From a virus (Duplodnaviria > Caudoviricetes), in IMG/VR virus record IMGVR_UViG_3300031578_000055, positions 1 through 50,679 of that record: 50,679 nt of DNA, one strand, 5' to 3'. Shown in pieces: positions 27,959 through 37,656 of this stretch. The position numbers and the translations under genes were made by a program. Positions within the stretch are counted from its first letter, which is position 1; every line of letters starts with the position of its first letter. Below the pieces are notes generated by a model, which was given only the letters and a program-made list of their open reading frames with translations, searched no databases and was not told where the DNA came from.

Positions 27959-29022
27959 TATTTTAACCTCTCTTTTAATTCTCCAATAATATAGGATTTA
28001 ACTTCATCGGAACTACCATTATCTAATACGACTTTTTTTGCTTCATCAATCTGTGATAATTTGTTGACTTCATCTAATTCCATTATTTTATCGTATGCAT
28101 CGGAGACTTTAATTTTATGCGTTTCAAGATCTTTTATAATGCTGTGGAAGTTTTCTGTTACTGGCTCAACGGCTGGAAAGAAACCTTGTTTTTTCTGAAC
28201 TGGTGGAGTTCCTGGTTTTAATGCTATAGGTTCTGATTTTTTAATTTCTTCCTGAACATTTACATCGTTTCCGGTTAATAATTTTGCAGCATTGTTTATA
28301 TCATCAGCAGATTTTCCACCATGAATTATATTCTGAATATGTGCCTCTGATTCTCTTTTCTGTTTTTCTTCAGATTTGCATACCTGGGAAACAACAATCT
28401 TTCCACCTGTTAATTCGTTTGGTTTAAAACCTGTAGGCATTCCGGTTAATTCCCGGATAACTCCTAATTCTGCACCTGTACTTGCTCTTTGGGCTGCAAA
28501 CTTTTTAAGTGCTAAAACTCTTTTTCTTCTTGCAACTGCTTCTTTTGCTGGATCATCTGGGAAATTATATTTTGCTTTTGGATTTTTATCAGGCCAGAAT
28601 TGACCTACGTTATCCATATCAGAAAGAAAATCTTCCTCGGCTCTATCTTCCCAATTGAATTCATAAGTAAAAGGAGAAGAGAACATAAAATCACCATCAG
28701 GTTTTCTTTTCTTTCCGATTTTTGTGCATTGATATCCGGAAACTTTTCTGATCCTGGTTCCATCAGGAAGAATTTTTTCTTCTCCATAAACTTCTTTCAT
28801 AGAAACAGTTTTATCGAATTCTATTCCCATTCCACATCCGATAATATTGGTTAATTCTTTCTTCGGATAAAATACTGGTTTATTTGTTGTTCCCATGTTG
28901 TGGAACATATCCGGTTTAACTTCTATCACAGTAATTAGAGATTGCCATAATTCATTGCTTACCTGAAATTCCTCAGATGTACAAACAAGTGCTTGCCCTT
29001 TATATTTTTCTAATTCTTTCAT
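27958..29022 (-). CDS. Hypothetical, possible single-strand annealing recombinase
   Basis: RASTGAELGVIRELTG...FKPNEL motif; context with ssb, SbcDC and Gam-like gene. Confidence 0.45.
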   Translation of the reverse strand: MKELEKYKGQALVCTSEEFQVSNELWQSLITVIEVKPDMFHNMGTTNKPVFYPKKELTNIIGCGMGIEFDKTVSMKEVYGEEKILPDGTRIRKVSGYQCTKIGKKRKPDGDFMFSSPFTYEFNWEDRAEEDFLSDMDNVGQFWPDKNPKAKYNFPDDPAKEAVARRKRVLALKKFAAQRASTGAELGVIRELTGMPTGFKPNELTGGKIVVSQVCKSEEKQKRESEAHIQNIIHGGKSADDINNAAKLLTGNDVNVQEEIKKSEPIALKPGTPPVQKKQGFFPAVEPVTENFHSIIKDLETHKIKVSDAYDKIMELDEVNKLSQIDEAKKVVLDNGSSDEVKSYIIGELKERLK

Positions 29023-29454
29023 TTAATCCTCCAGCTTTATTTCTTTTGGAAAAGTCGCTTTATTTTCAGTCCCGGTTTTAATAGTTACGAAATCCAGGTT
29101 AAGAGAATCAACGGCTTTATCGAATGCTTTTTGATCGAGCAATAAAAACATATCTTTTTCTTTAGCCCATTTAAAAGCTAAATCTTTATCGTAGGTTATT
29201 GTTTTTGTTTTGGCTTCCTGAACACCAACACCGCCAAGTTGTTTTTTAACACCTGTTTTTTCAAATTCAGATATAGCAGCTTCCCCGATTGCAAGTTTAA
29301 GATCTGCTATTTCATCTTCAAGTTTTTCTTTGTCAATAAGATAAGGCTTTAATATCATAGCCATATCATCTTTTACTTTTTTAATTTTAGCCTGAAGAAC
29401 ATCAACCTTTTCAATTCTTTCTTTAAGCATTTTTAAATCTGTTATTTGTATCAT
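29023..29454 (-). CDS. Gam/Gp157-like coiled-coil protein
   Basis: Coiled coil then ITYDKDLAFKWA...LDQKAFDK pattern; recombination module. Confidence 0.5.
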   Translation of the reverse strand: MIQITDLKMLKERIEKVDVLQAKIKKVKDDMAMILKPYLIDKEKLEDEIADLKLAIGEAAISEFEKTGVKKQLGGVGVQEAKTKTITYDKDLAFKWAKEKDMFLLLDQKAFDKAVDSLNLDFVTIKTGTENKATFPKEIKLED

Positions 29455-29455
29455 T

Positions 29456-29959
29456 TTACACTTCTCCTATTTCAAAATCTTTTGAGAAGAGAGGGTTCTG
29501 TTCAACTCTTCTTACATATTCGTCACTGATGCCATTTAAAACCCATTGATATTGTTTTAATGCATCTCTCCACGCATGAGTAAAATCAAGATCCCGTCCT
29601 TTCTCTGCATAGAAAAATAACCAGTTCTTTTTTTCTTCCCGGTAATTGTTTAATGAATCAAGAACATCGTTCCATGCAATACTTTTTTCAAGTTGCAATC
29701 TCTGGGTTTCTAACTTAACAATTGTCTGATCATCAAAAGCTCTGAAATCAAAATCATCATGATCCGGTTCTTCCATATCAACAATATTTATCCTGGTTAA
29801 TCCGTGTTTTTTCTCAAGTACATAAATAAATAATTTTGATGCTGCAAGTTCGCCTTGAAGTTGTGCAAGTATTTTGCTGGATTCTTCAGTCTCTAAAGAT
29901 TTAGAACAACTTTTAATTGAATTTCTGTATTTCAATTCAACCAATTCCATTAATGCCAT
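29456..29959 (-). CDS. Hypothetical protein
   Basis: AAAGGAG RBS, 167 aa. Confidence 0.8.
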   Translation of the reverse strand: MALMELVELKYRNSIKSCSKSLETEESSKILAQLQGELAASKLFIYVLEKKHGLTRINIVDMEEPDHDDFDFRAFDDQTIVKLETQRLQLEKSIAWNDVLDSLNNYREEKKNWLFFYAEKGRDLDFTHAWRDALKQYQWVLNGISDEYVRRVEQNPLFSKDFEIGEV

Positions 29960-29984
29960 ATATTCTCCTTTCTTAATTTAGATA

Positions 29985-30099
29985 TGGGAAGAGCAGGACT
30001 CGAACCTGCAAATCAGCGTATTGTGATTTATTGCACGGTACAACCGTGACCGCCAAACACCCATTACAGATGCATGTCTACCAATTGCAGCACCTTCCC
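29985..30099 (-). tRNA. Atypical tRNA or pseudo-tRNA (Leu-TAA or Tyr-GTA) with enlarged variable arm
   Basis: Acceptor GGGAAGG/TCTTCCC+A, D-loop AATTGGTAGA, T-arm GCAGG-TTCGAGT-CCTGC; 115 nt; anticodon ambiguous; no encoded CCA. Confidence 0.6.
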
Positions 30100-30198
30100 A
30101 GATAATTAAAACAATTTAATAATAGCCCTTTTCACGTCTACCATTATCGCCGTGTCACGGGGCGCATAAAATACCTCCTAACAATTATCTATAACTTA

Positions 30199-30227
30199 AT
30201 AATATAATACTATGCTACAATAGTCAA
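30199..30227 (-). promoter_or_regulatory. Sigma70-type promoter for tRNA/recombination operon
   Basis: TTGACT-17-TATTAT. Confidence 0.65.
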
Positions 30228-30230
30228 TAA

Positions 30231-31790
30231 TTATTTATATGTTTGTGAGAATAAAGCGACTTTTTCTAATTCTGGTACTGTGAATTCATTTAAATGTTTG
30301 GTGATAGTTTTCCCGGTTTTATCTCTTCCGTTATTTACTAGATTTAATTTTATCTTTAACCAGAAAATTCTTTGTTTTGTTTTTTTATTTCCGGGAGATT
30401 CATTTGCAAATATTCTATTTATATTTGTATTGATTTCTTTTCTAAGTCTAGTTTCTTTTTCTGATTGAGATTCTTTAATTTCAGGTTGCTGATTAAAATC
30501 AGAGAATAGAGGGATACCATCAATATGAGCTTCAGAAGAAAGTGCTTCAATAGTTCTAGCCGGTCCGGTTGGTTCTAAAGGATCTGCAGGTGATTGTTTT
30601 TCTGGTGGTTCTCCGGTTGCTGATCTTATTATTCCACCATCAATACATTTAAGAGCTTTAAGCATTTTATCATCAGAAGGACAAAAAATATAACCTGTTG
30701 TTTTATCCTCAAAATTCCTTGCAGATCTTCCCGTACATTGCTCCAACCAGGGAACAGATCTTATTAAAGTCATAATTACCATATGTGTAATTTCAGGCAC
30801 GTTAAGCCCTTCATATGCTATGGCAACCGATACCAGACAATCAATTGCTCTAAAGTCTGTATATATTTTTTTAAATCTTTTTATATTTTCTCTGCAGTTT
30901 GAATTATCGTCACTGGTAGCTATTCCAACTCTAAAACCTTTCCCTGATAAATAAGATAAATAATCTTTTGCTGTTTTAATATCTGGAGCAACTACAATAA
31001 ATTTTGCATATTTATAAGTTTTCTTGTGCTTTAACCAATGACTTATAGATAAATCCAATAAGTGTTCTGCATATTCAGATTTAAAAGCACATCTTAAATT
31101 ATTTGAATCAGTTCCGAACCTGTCGAAAGTCCTGGTTATTCCATCAAGATCTATAAAAGAACCGGATCCATCAACTAAAATAGTTTCAAATGGTAAAATT
31201 GATTTATCAATAAGGGCTTGTTTTCTACTGTAGATTATCCATTTAGTCGATTCTGTATTAGTAAAATTAATATCATTTTCAATATATGGAGTTAAAGGAA
31301 GTTTTGTATCATCCCCTCTAGTAATTGTCCCGGTCATCATTACCCTAAGAAATGATAGATCAGCCATTCTTTGAATTATATTTATCCATTCACCGTGAGA
31401 ACTTAAATGATGATATTCATCTAAGATAAGCATGATATTATTCTCTTCACAGATCTGTATCCACTTTTCAGGATTAGCACCTATGGCCTGATATGTGGTT
31501 ACGCATGAATTACAACCCCGGAACGGTTCGCCGATATTGCTGGCAACTCTACAGGTTTTATCTGTTTCATAATATATTGATTGATAATCATCTTCCATCT
31601 GATATTTTAAACTATTCCGGGGAACCACAATAATCTGCTTTTTATTGCCTGTTAATAAATCAGATAGAATAGATGGAGCAAGAGATTTCCCTCCTCCGGG
31701 AACCCAGAAAAGAAATATATCTTTAATGGGTGATCCTGATTTAATGTTATCTACTAATATTTTTAATTGTTGCTGTTGAGGTCTAAGCAT
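30231..31790 (-). CDS. Superfamily 2 helicase (ResIII/DEAD-like)
   Basis: PGGGKS, LILDEYHH, MTGT, EGLNVP, QCTGRSAR motifs. Confidence 0.9.
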   Translation of the reverse strand: MLRPQQQQLKILVDNIKSGSPIKDIFLFWVPGGGKSLAPSILSDLLTGNKKQIIVVPRNSLKYQMEDDYQSIYYETDKTCRVASNIGEPFRGCNSCVTTYQAIGANPEKWIQICEENNIMLILDEYHHLSSHGEWINIIQRMADLSFLRVMMTGTITRGDDTKLPLTPYIENDINFTNTESTKWIIYSRKQALIDKSILPFETILVDGSGSFIDLDGITRTFDRFGTDSNNLRCAFKSEYAEHLLDLSISHWLKHKKTYKYAKFIVVAPDIKTAKDYLSYLSGKGFRVGIATSDDNSNCRENIKRFKKIYTDFRAIDCLVSVAIAYEGLNVPEITHMVIMTLIRSVPWLEQCTGRSARNFEDKTTGYIFCPSDDKMLKALKCIDGGIIRSATGEPPEKQSPADPLEPTGPARTIEALSSEAHIDGIPLFSDFNQQPEIKESQSEKETRLRKEINTNINRIFANESPGNKKTKQRIFWLKIKLNLVNNGRDKTGKTITKHLNEFTVPELEKVALFSQTYK

Positions 31791-31968
31791 TTCTAAACAT
31801 TCGCTTTAAAGAACCATCTTTTTGCTGAATAAATCCTCTTGCAGTTTTAAAGAAGATAATTTTCTTTCCACAATGAGGACATTTTGCACTTCGTCCTTCA
31901 GGGTGCCATTCTTTTACTAATGTTGATTCGTCAATTTTCTTTGAGCAGTTTTTATACGGGCATTTCAT
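31783..31968 (-). CDS. Zinc-ribbon protein
   Basis: CPYKNC...CPHC. Confidence 0.75.
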   Translation of the reverse strand: MKCPYKNCSKKIDESTLVKEWHPEGRSAKCPHCGKKIIFFKTARGFIQQKDGSLKRMFRNA

Positions 31969-32200
31969 CTGTTTTCTCCTTTATTTCTGTCAGTCCTATT
32001 GATGTTATATTTTTTGTACAAATAAACAAATGAGGGGATTTACCAGGCTTGCTTGAAAGTATTATTTTAATCTTTTTCTTGAATATTTTTTCAATGAATT
32101 TAATTACATCTCCATTGATGTATATATCAGAACTACACGATGAACCACCTCTTAATTGAAAATTAATATGGTAATATTTTTGACTAGTTTCTTTTTTCAT
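31952..32200 (-). CDS. Hypothetical protein
   Basis: Coupled overlap in operon. Confidence 0.7.
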   Translation of the reverse strand: MKKETSQKYYHINFQLRGGSSCSSDIYINGDVIKFIEKIFKKKIKIILSSKPGKSPHLFICTKNITSIGLTEIKEKTDEMPV

Positions 32201-32412
32201 TTATTTATTTCCTCTGAATCTTTATCAGTTTCAACAATTCTTTTTACTACATCTACTTTCATTTTTCCATGAAGCATTTTTAATAATTCTTGTTTTATGT
32301 CTTCAATAAATCCAATTAGCTCAAAAGCATTAAACCCTCTATTTTTTCTAGTCAAAGACATTTTGCCATTTTCATCTTCAATCAAAACAATACTGTAAAT
32401 TCTTCTTTTCAT
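32197..32412 (-). CDS. Hypothetical protein
   Basis: ATGA overlaps on both sides. Confidence 0.75.
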   Translation of the reverse strand: MKRRIYSIVLIEDENGKMSLTRKNRGFNAFELIGFIEDIKQELLKMLHGKMKVDVVKRIVETDKDSEEINK

Positions 32413-32600
32413 TTATTCTTCCCTCCAAACGGATTATGTTTTTTCATAATTGCCCTGCATACTTTCTGGCGTTTCCAATATGGTAGTTCGATTATTCCAT
32501 CAATGTATTGACGGATTGTTACTAAATGCTGATCAAGAGCGTATTTTTTAGCCGTTTCTTTTGCAATTTTTCTTACTTTTTTAATTCTACCTTGTCCCAT
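32409..32600 (-). CDS. Hypothetical basic protein
   Basis: AAGGAG RBS. Confidence 0.75.
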   Translation of the reverse strand: MGQGRIKKVRKIAKETAKKYALDQHLVTIRQYIDGIIELPYWKRQKVCRAIMKKHNPFGGKNK

Positions 32601-32838
32601 TAAAACTCCTTAATACTTCCAGTAATTAGTATTTTCTTTTTTTTGTGATCAAGAGTCATGTTCATCCCGTTTGTTTCTGGAATTGTTTCATGTATAAAAT
32701 CCCATAGTTTTTTTCTGAATTTTTATATCCTTCAGCTCCCATTTTTGCCATAACCATAAAAGAATCCATCTCGTTTTTGATAGATGTAACATGGTCAACA
32801 TTTTCATCTTTAATTTTAATAGTTTCTCCAATTTTCAT
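32600..32838 (-). pseudogene. Small gene split by a frameshift at an A7 run
   Basis: ATG 32838 after GAGG; adding one A at 32708-32714 gives 79 aa ending in TAATG overlap with next start. Confidence 0.5.
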
Positions 32839-33210
32839 TTAAAACCTCACTTTTAACATATTATATATTTCTAGGATCTCAACTACATCCTGAATTGATG
32901 TTGCTACAAAATACGGGATACTTCTTTCATCACACATTTTCTGGAAATCTTTCTGATCAGAAGATTGTTTTCCTCCTGGTTTTTTTACTTCCAGATAAAG
33001 AGTTTGACCACTTCCATTATCAAGAGGAAATTGCCGGTCTGACATTCCTTTAATTCCGGTCTTGATTATTCTCCAGATTTTACTCCCGAAGGCTTGAAAC
33101 TTCCCATGTAATACATGACATTTCCAATTAGGAATATGGTTTAGTGTTAGGAATTCTCCTATCTCTTTTGATATTTCGGTTTCTGATTGGTTGCCTTTTT
33201 TATCAGGCAT
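32839..33210 (-). CDS. VRR-NUC nuclease
   Basis: SETEI, GMSD, YLEVKKPGGKQSSDQKDFQ. Confidence 0.9.
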   Translation of the reverse strand: MPDKKGNQSETEISKEIGEFLTLNHIPNWKCHVLHGKFQAFGSKIWRIIKTGIKGMSDRQFPLDNGSGQTLYLEVKKPGGKQSSDQKDFQKMCDERSIPYFVATSIQDVVEILEIYNMLKVRF

Positions 33211-33514
33211 ATATTATTTCCAATCCACATATTTTTGCAGTCTTTAATTCAAAGCAAGCGCCTTTCGAGGTTTTCCAGTTTTTTAACATAAAGATATGCG
33301 TACACTCTAAGAGAGCTTTTAAATCTGCTCTCATATACTCTTTATATTTATCCTTTTCTGTATATGCTCCAGGAAATTTTAGATTATCTGCTATGGTTAC
33401 AGGGTTTACGATATTGTCAAATCCTATTGATAAAAATTCTTCTGCCATAAAGAATTCGTTTCTATAGTCTTTAGCATTAGAAATCCCACCAGATATATAA
33501 ATTCTTCTCACCAA
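33203..33514 (-). CDS. DUF4406 / nucleoside deoxyribosyltransferase-like protein
   Basis: IYISGGIS, VNP, MLKNWKTSKGACFE. Confidence 0.85.
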   Translation of the reverse strand: MVRRIYISGGISNAKDYRNEFFMAEEFLSIGFDNIVNPVTIADNLKFPGAYTEKDKYKEYMRADLKALLECTHIFMLKNWKTSKGACFELKTAKICGLEIIYA

Positions 33515-33602
33515 ATCCTCCTATCTTTCTTTTTAAACATTAATTTGATTCTATCGATTAAAGAATATCTTCTTATTTTATTTTTCTGCCATTTTGTGAG
33601 TT

Positions 33603-33785
33603 TCATTTTGACTCCGGTTTACCGTGTCGAGTGTTCCACGTTTCTTTTATTTTCTTTTTTGAATTGTCATACATCCTTAACCCACAATTAGTACATTCTA
33701 TAATCCATGTAGTTATTTTAAATTCTCCCTTCATTATTCCTACAATATCACCACAAAAAGGACATTCTTTTAATTCATCATTCAT
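33603..33785 (-). CDS. Lar-like restriction alleviation protein
   Basis: LKECPFCG...CTNC...WNTR. Confidence 0.8.
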   Translation of the reverse strand: MNDELKECPFCGDIVGIMKGEFKITTWIIECTNCGLRMYDNSKKKIKETWNTRHGKPESK

Positions 33786-34792
33786 CCCATAAGCTCCTTA
33801 ATAATTTTATCTTTATTTTTACCAGCAATAGTTTTTCCAGTAAGTTCTCCATAAACTAATTTACATTCTGGTAATGTGTATGCTCTTATTTCCGGACGGT
33901 CTTTATTTACACTAATGAATTTTTCAACTGCATCTTCGGGTTGCAAAATTAAACCTATTTCATCAAATCTGAATAAAAGCATTTTTAAGATGTTCTTTTT
34001 ATCCATAGAAGAGAGTAAAACCTCTGATTTTTGCTTTACTGGTGGGGCTGTGACTATCTTTTCTATTTTCTTGGGTAGTTTGACCTCTGACTTATTTGGT
34101 GCGATTGCAGCCGGTTTTCTAATTATCCCGTGATTCTTAATCATAGATAATGATATAGGACTCATTAATGCCAGAATAAAACTACTAAACAATTGAAACA
34201 AAACCCTGATAAGATTTTCATTAACTCCTGATTTCATTATTCTAGGAAGATCCTCGGCAAACCAGTTATATATTGATTTAGGTGAGTTTATTATTTTTAT
34301 ATCATCTTCTTTTTTGACCTGTGAATTATCCAGTTTTGATTCATATCTTGCCTTTTCTATTTTCGCTTGTTCGAGTGCGTCTTTGTTTCTTAAAACTCCG
34401 AAAACTAATTGTTGTGCAACATATTCATCTATCCTTTTATTTAAAATAGAAATCTGTTCCCGGTAATAATCTACATCTCCAGAAATATCTGTTTTCTCAA
34501 AAACTATTTCTGCAGTATATGATTCTTTTTCTGAAGTACTGGAAAACTGGCTGGATAAAGTTATTAATATTGAGAAAATCACCATTGAGAATTTCAATAC
34601 AATAATCCACCATTTTTTAGAAATATAAATCCAAAGTGCAGATTCAAAGAAGATAAAAAATATTGACATTGATAACGATAATCTATATCCGTAGTTTGCA
34701 TCTTGGAAATATCTGAGATAATAAACTGTATTTAAAATAATTCCTCCCAAAGACAATAAAGCAAGAGGGAAGATATAGAATGTTTTTTTCAT
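33782..34792 (-). CDS. Membrane protein with coiled coil
   Basis: Three N-terminal TMs, coiled coil, fourth TM, soluble C-terminus. Confidence 0.75.
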   Translation of the reverse strand: MKKTFYIFPLALLSLGGIILNTVYYLRYFQDANYGYRLSLSMSIFFIFFESALWIYISKKWWIIVLKFSMVIFSILITLSSQFSSTSEKESYTAEIVFEKTDISGDVDYYREQISILNKRIDEYVAQQLVFGVLRNKDALEQAKIEKARYESKLDNSQVKKEDDIKIINSPKSIYNWFAEDLPRIMKSGVNENLIRVLFQLFSSFILALMSPISLSMIKNHGIIRKPAAIAPNKSEVKLPKKIEKIVTAPPVKQKSEVLLSSMDKKNILKMLLFRFDEIGLILQPEDAVEKFISVNKDRPEIRAYTLPECKLVYGELTGKTIAGKNKDKIIKELMG

Positions 34793-34793
34793 T

Positions 34794-34973
34794 CTATATC
34801 TCTATGTTATTTTTTTTTCTTTCTAACTTTTCGGCCATGTCTCTTCTGGCTTTTTCTAGTATTGCCTGCTGTCCATAACTTGACAAAGATCTGTTATCTG
34901 CTTTTGCAGCTTTTTCAGCAGCATCTTTAAACTCTTGAGAACAAACTATCTGTATAATTTTATTTTCTTTCAT
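34794..34973 (-). CDS. Ribbon-helix-helix regulator (not in ORF track)
   Basis: MKENKIIQIVCSQEFKDAAEKAAKADNRSLSSY; AGGAG RBS; first gene of leftward operon. Confidence 0.75.
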   Translation of the reverse strand: MKENKIIQIVCSQEFKDAAEKAAKADNRSLSSYGQQAILEKARRDMAEKLERKKNNIEI

Positions 34974-34990
34974 AATTAACTCCTGATATT

Positions 34991-35064
34991 ATATTAACTC
35001 ATATATATAAACCTTGCAACTATTATATTATTATTATTGACAATTTATAGAATCAATATATAAT
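34991..35064. promoter_or_regulatory. Divergent early promoters
   Basis: Leftward TTGCAA-17-TAATAT (35019-34991); rightward TTGACA-16-TATAAT (35037-35064). Confidence 0.65.
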
Positions 35065-35084
35065 GTCTAATAAGAGAGGATAAC

Positions 35085-35255
35085 ATGAACTATGAAAATT
35101 TCCATAACATAAATCATTTAATACCTGCTGAATCAGGGACATATACCTGGAAGTCTAAACAAATGGGATATATCAAGGTAAAATATGATCATGGAGATTG
35201 GTTTTTAATAAACGGCGATAAATTACCGGATCGCGTGGTCCAGGAGTGGAGATGA
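35085..35255 (+). CDS. Small hypothetical protein (not in ORF track)
   Basis: GAGGA RBS, 56 aa MNYENFHNIN...QEWR. Confidence 0.65.
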   Translation: MNYENFHNINHLIPAESGTYTWKSKQMGYIKVKYDHGDWFLINGDKLPDRVVQEWR

Positions 35256-35337
35256 TATTTAAAATAAAAACAACAGATAATAAAATACATAAATATCATT
35301 CTATTATTTCTATGGAGTTAGAAAAAGGATTTATAAA

Positions 35338-36045
35338 ATGAAACTGAAAACAATGTTAAAGATTTTTATTAGTATTTTAATTATTGGAATTATTGTTTTT
35401 TTATATTTAAGTTCTTCTAAATATAAAAATATAGTAAATAAACAGCAAACCGTAATAACTCAACATGCTATAAAAATCAGAGATTATATGGTTATGGAAA
35501 ATAATTATGAAGAGTTGAATTTTAATTTTCAGCTTATAGCTTCTGTTAATCCTTTAATTAATTTAATGACACCTGATGAAATAGCGGAGCTATTAAAAGA
35601 AATACCTCATGGAAATCCTCACGAAACAAAATTTGAAATAACTGCTGGATTTGGAATTTCAATCGGGATGCATGGTAAATTAAGAGATGATCACCAGGGA
35701 ACTGATTCGATCCCTATAAACTCTGAAAAATTGGAATGGGGAATTACTGGATTTTCTGATGGAATAGTTGAGACATTTGGACACAATGATGTATTTGGAA
35801 AATTTATTATAGTGCGTCATTCTGAAAGAGTTAGGACTTTTTATGGCCATTTAGATAAAATATATTGGAGTGGAACAACTGGAAGAATCGTAACTTCTGA
35901 TACGGTTATAGGTGAAATGGGAAAAACAGGAATGGTTTATTCAAGATGGAAAAATGGTGGAGCACATTTGCATTTTGAAATACAGGTGTGGGATGGGTTT
36001 CATTGGGTTTCTGTCAATCCAGAACCGTTTTTAATAAATGAGTAA
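35338..36045 (+). CDS. M23 family peptidase with N-terminal TM
   Basis: HQGTD, YGHL, HLHFE motifs. Confidence 0.9.
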   Translation: MKLKTMLKIFISILIIGIIVFLYLSSSKYKNIVNKQQTVITQHAIKIRDYMVMENNYEELNFNFQLIASVNPLINLMTPDEIAELLKEIPHGNPHETKFEITAGFGISIGMHGKLRDDHQGTDSIPINSEKLEWGITGFSDGIVETFGHNDVFGKFIIVRHSERVRTFYGHLDKIYWSGTTGRIVTSDTVIGEMGKTGMVYSRWKNGGAHLHFEIQVWDGFHWVSVNPEPFLINE

Positions 36046-36056
36046 GGAGAAAAGAA

Positions 36057-36551
36057 ATGGATGTATGTAAATGGGAATATGGGAAATTTTACCCATGCAG
36101 CGGATTTGAGCCTGTAGTAGATAATTACAATGAGATAATAATTGATAAGCATAGACCTGTTTGTTGTATTTATTGTGATACTAATATTTCAAAACCGGAA
36201 CCAGAAGAACCAATAATAAAAAAGTCTGGAGAAACATGGGTTGCAAGATATGAGGGTGTTGATTATTTGTGGATCAATTTAAATCTATCTCCAGAAAAAA
36301 GAGAATGGACAGCACCAGAAATAAAAGAATCTTTAGGGTGGAAACCAATTTTAGGAATAGAAATAGCTGATAAAATTGTAAAACTTAACCCTGCAGTTAT
36401 TACAGATGCTTATGGACTCTCTCTTTTATTAGCCATGAGTAGAAATGAAATATTTATAGTTGATTGTATTGAAGATGGAGAATGGGGTTGCAGGACAACA
36501 GCTCCTATGCACTCATTAAAACGTCTAGCCACAATCGATGATCTTCCATGA
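36057..36551 (+). CDS. Hypothetical protein
   Basis: AAGGAG RBS; Cys-rich N-terminus. Confidence 0.8.
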   Translation: MDVCKWEYGKFYPCSGFEPVVDNYNEIIIDKHRPVCCIYCDTNISKPEPEEPIIKKSGETWVARYEGVDYLWINLNLSPEKREWTAPEIKESLGWKPILGIEIADKIVKLNPAVITDAYGLSLLLAMSRNEIFIVDCIEDGEWGCRTTAPMHSLKRLATIDDLP

Positions 36552-36757
36552 TACAACCAACATTTGTAATAAAATTTATAGATCAAGTCCGGTCTGAAAT
36601 GATTAAAAGAAATCTTGGTAATAATGATATTCCAGGTTTATCAAGACAATATGTTTCTTACCTTTTATCTGGAAAAGGAAATGTCGGAGTAACATCTATT
36701 ATTAAATTAGCAAATGCACTTGATATGGAAATAGTTTTGAAGTTGGAGGAGAAATGA
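36548..36757 (+). CDS. XRE-family HTH protein
   Basis: GLSRQYVSYLLSGKGN...IIKLANALD. Confidence 0.8.
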   Translation: MIQPTFVIKFIDQVRSEMIKRNLGNNDIPGLSRQYVSYLLSGKGNVGVTSIIKLANALDMEIVLKLEEK

Positions 36758-37407
36758 AAGAGATAGAACTTAAGTCAGGTAAAAAGATAGAATTAAATCA
36801 GGCTTTTAATTGTGATTGTTTGGAGTTTATGAAAGAACTTCCAGACAAATGTATTGATCTTGTTTTGACTGATCCTCCTTATGGGATAAAAAGATTTCAG
36901 AAAGGTTCTATAAGATTTGCAAAAGATGAAAAATATAAAGATGGTTTAAAGTGGGATGTTAAGCCTGAACAGGTTATATTCGATGAAATATTCAGGATAA
37001 GTAAAAATCAGATTATATGGGGGGCTAATAACTTTACTCTTCCACAGTCAGAATATTTTATTGTATGGGATAAAAAACAAACTGTTGATAATTTTGCATC
37101 TGCTGAACTTGCATATACAAACGTAAAAAAACCGGCTCAAATATACAGTTATGGAATACACAAGCATAACACAATTGAAAAGATCCATCCAACTCAAAAG
37201 CCTAAAGATTTATTTGTATGGTGTCTTAAAAATTACATGAAAGATGGGGATATTGTATTCGATCCTTTTCTTGGTAGTTTTACAACAGCAATAGCTTGCA
37301 ATGAAATGGATCTTAACTGGCTTGGCTGTGAAAAAGACCATGACTATTTCAAATCAGGCTACCACCGATACGAACAAGAAACCAAACAGATACTAATGGA
37401 GTTTTAA
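36754..37407 (+). CDS. N4C/N6A DNA methyltransferase (beta class)
   Basis: DPPY, HPTQKP, DPFLGS motifs. Confidence 0.92.
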   Translation: MKEIELKSGKKIELNQAFNCDCLEFMKELPDKCIDLVLTDPPYGIKRFQKGSIRFAKDEKYKDGLKWDVKPEQVIFDEIFRISKNQIIWGANNFTLPQSEYFIVWDKKQTVDNFASAELAYTNVKKPAQIYSYGIHKHNTIEKIHPTQKPKDLFVWCLKNYMKDGDIVFDPFLGSFTTAIACNEMDLNWLGCEKDHDYFKSGYHRYEQETKQILMEF

Positions 37408-37424
37408 CTATTTTATTAATAGAC

Positions 37425-37453
37425 TTGATTTATAATAAAACACAAACTATACT
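37425..37453 (+). promoter_or_regulatory. Promoter of replication operon
   Basis: TTGATT-17-TATACT. Confidence 0.6.
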
Positions 37454-37485
37454 AAACAATATAACATAATATAAGGAGAAAGCAA

Positions 37486-37656
37486 TTGGAAATAACAAAA
37501 TCTGAACTAGAAATTCTTTATTTAAGCAATAAAAATAAAGTTGTATGTGAAAAGCTCGGTATATCAGAAATGACCTTAATTAAACTGTTAAAAGAAAATG
37601 GAATCAAGAATAAAGGGAAGGGAAATTATCATAATAAAATTATGGTGGTTGGATAA
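37486..37656 (+). CDS. Small HTH-like protein (not in ORF track)
   Basis: AAGGAG RBS, TTG start; VCEKLGISEMTLIKLL. Confidence 0.65.
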   Translation: MEITKSELEILYLSNKNKVVCEKLGISEMTLIKLLKENGIKNKGKGNYHNKIMVVG

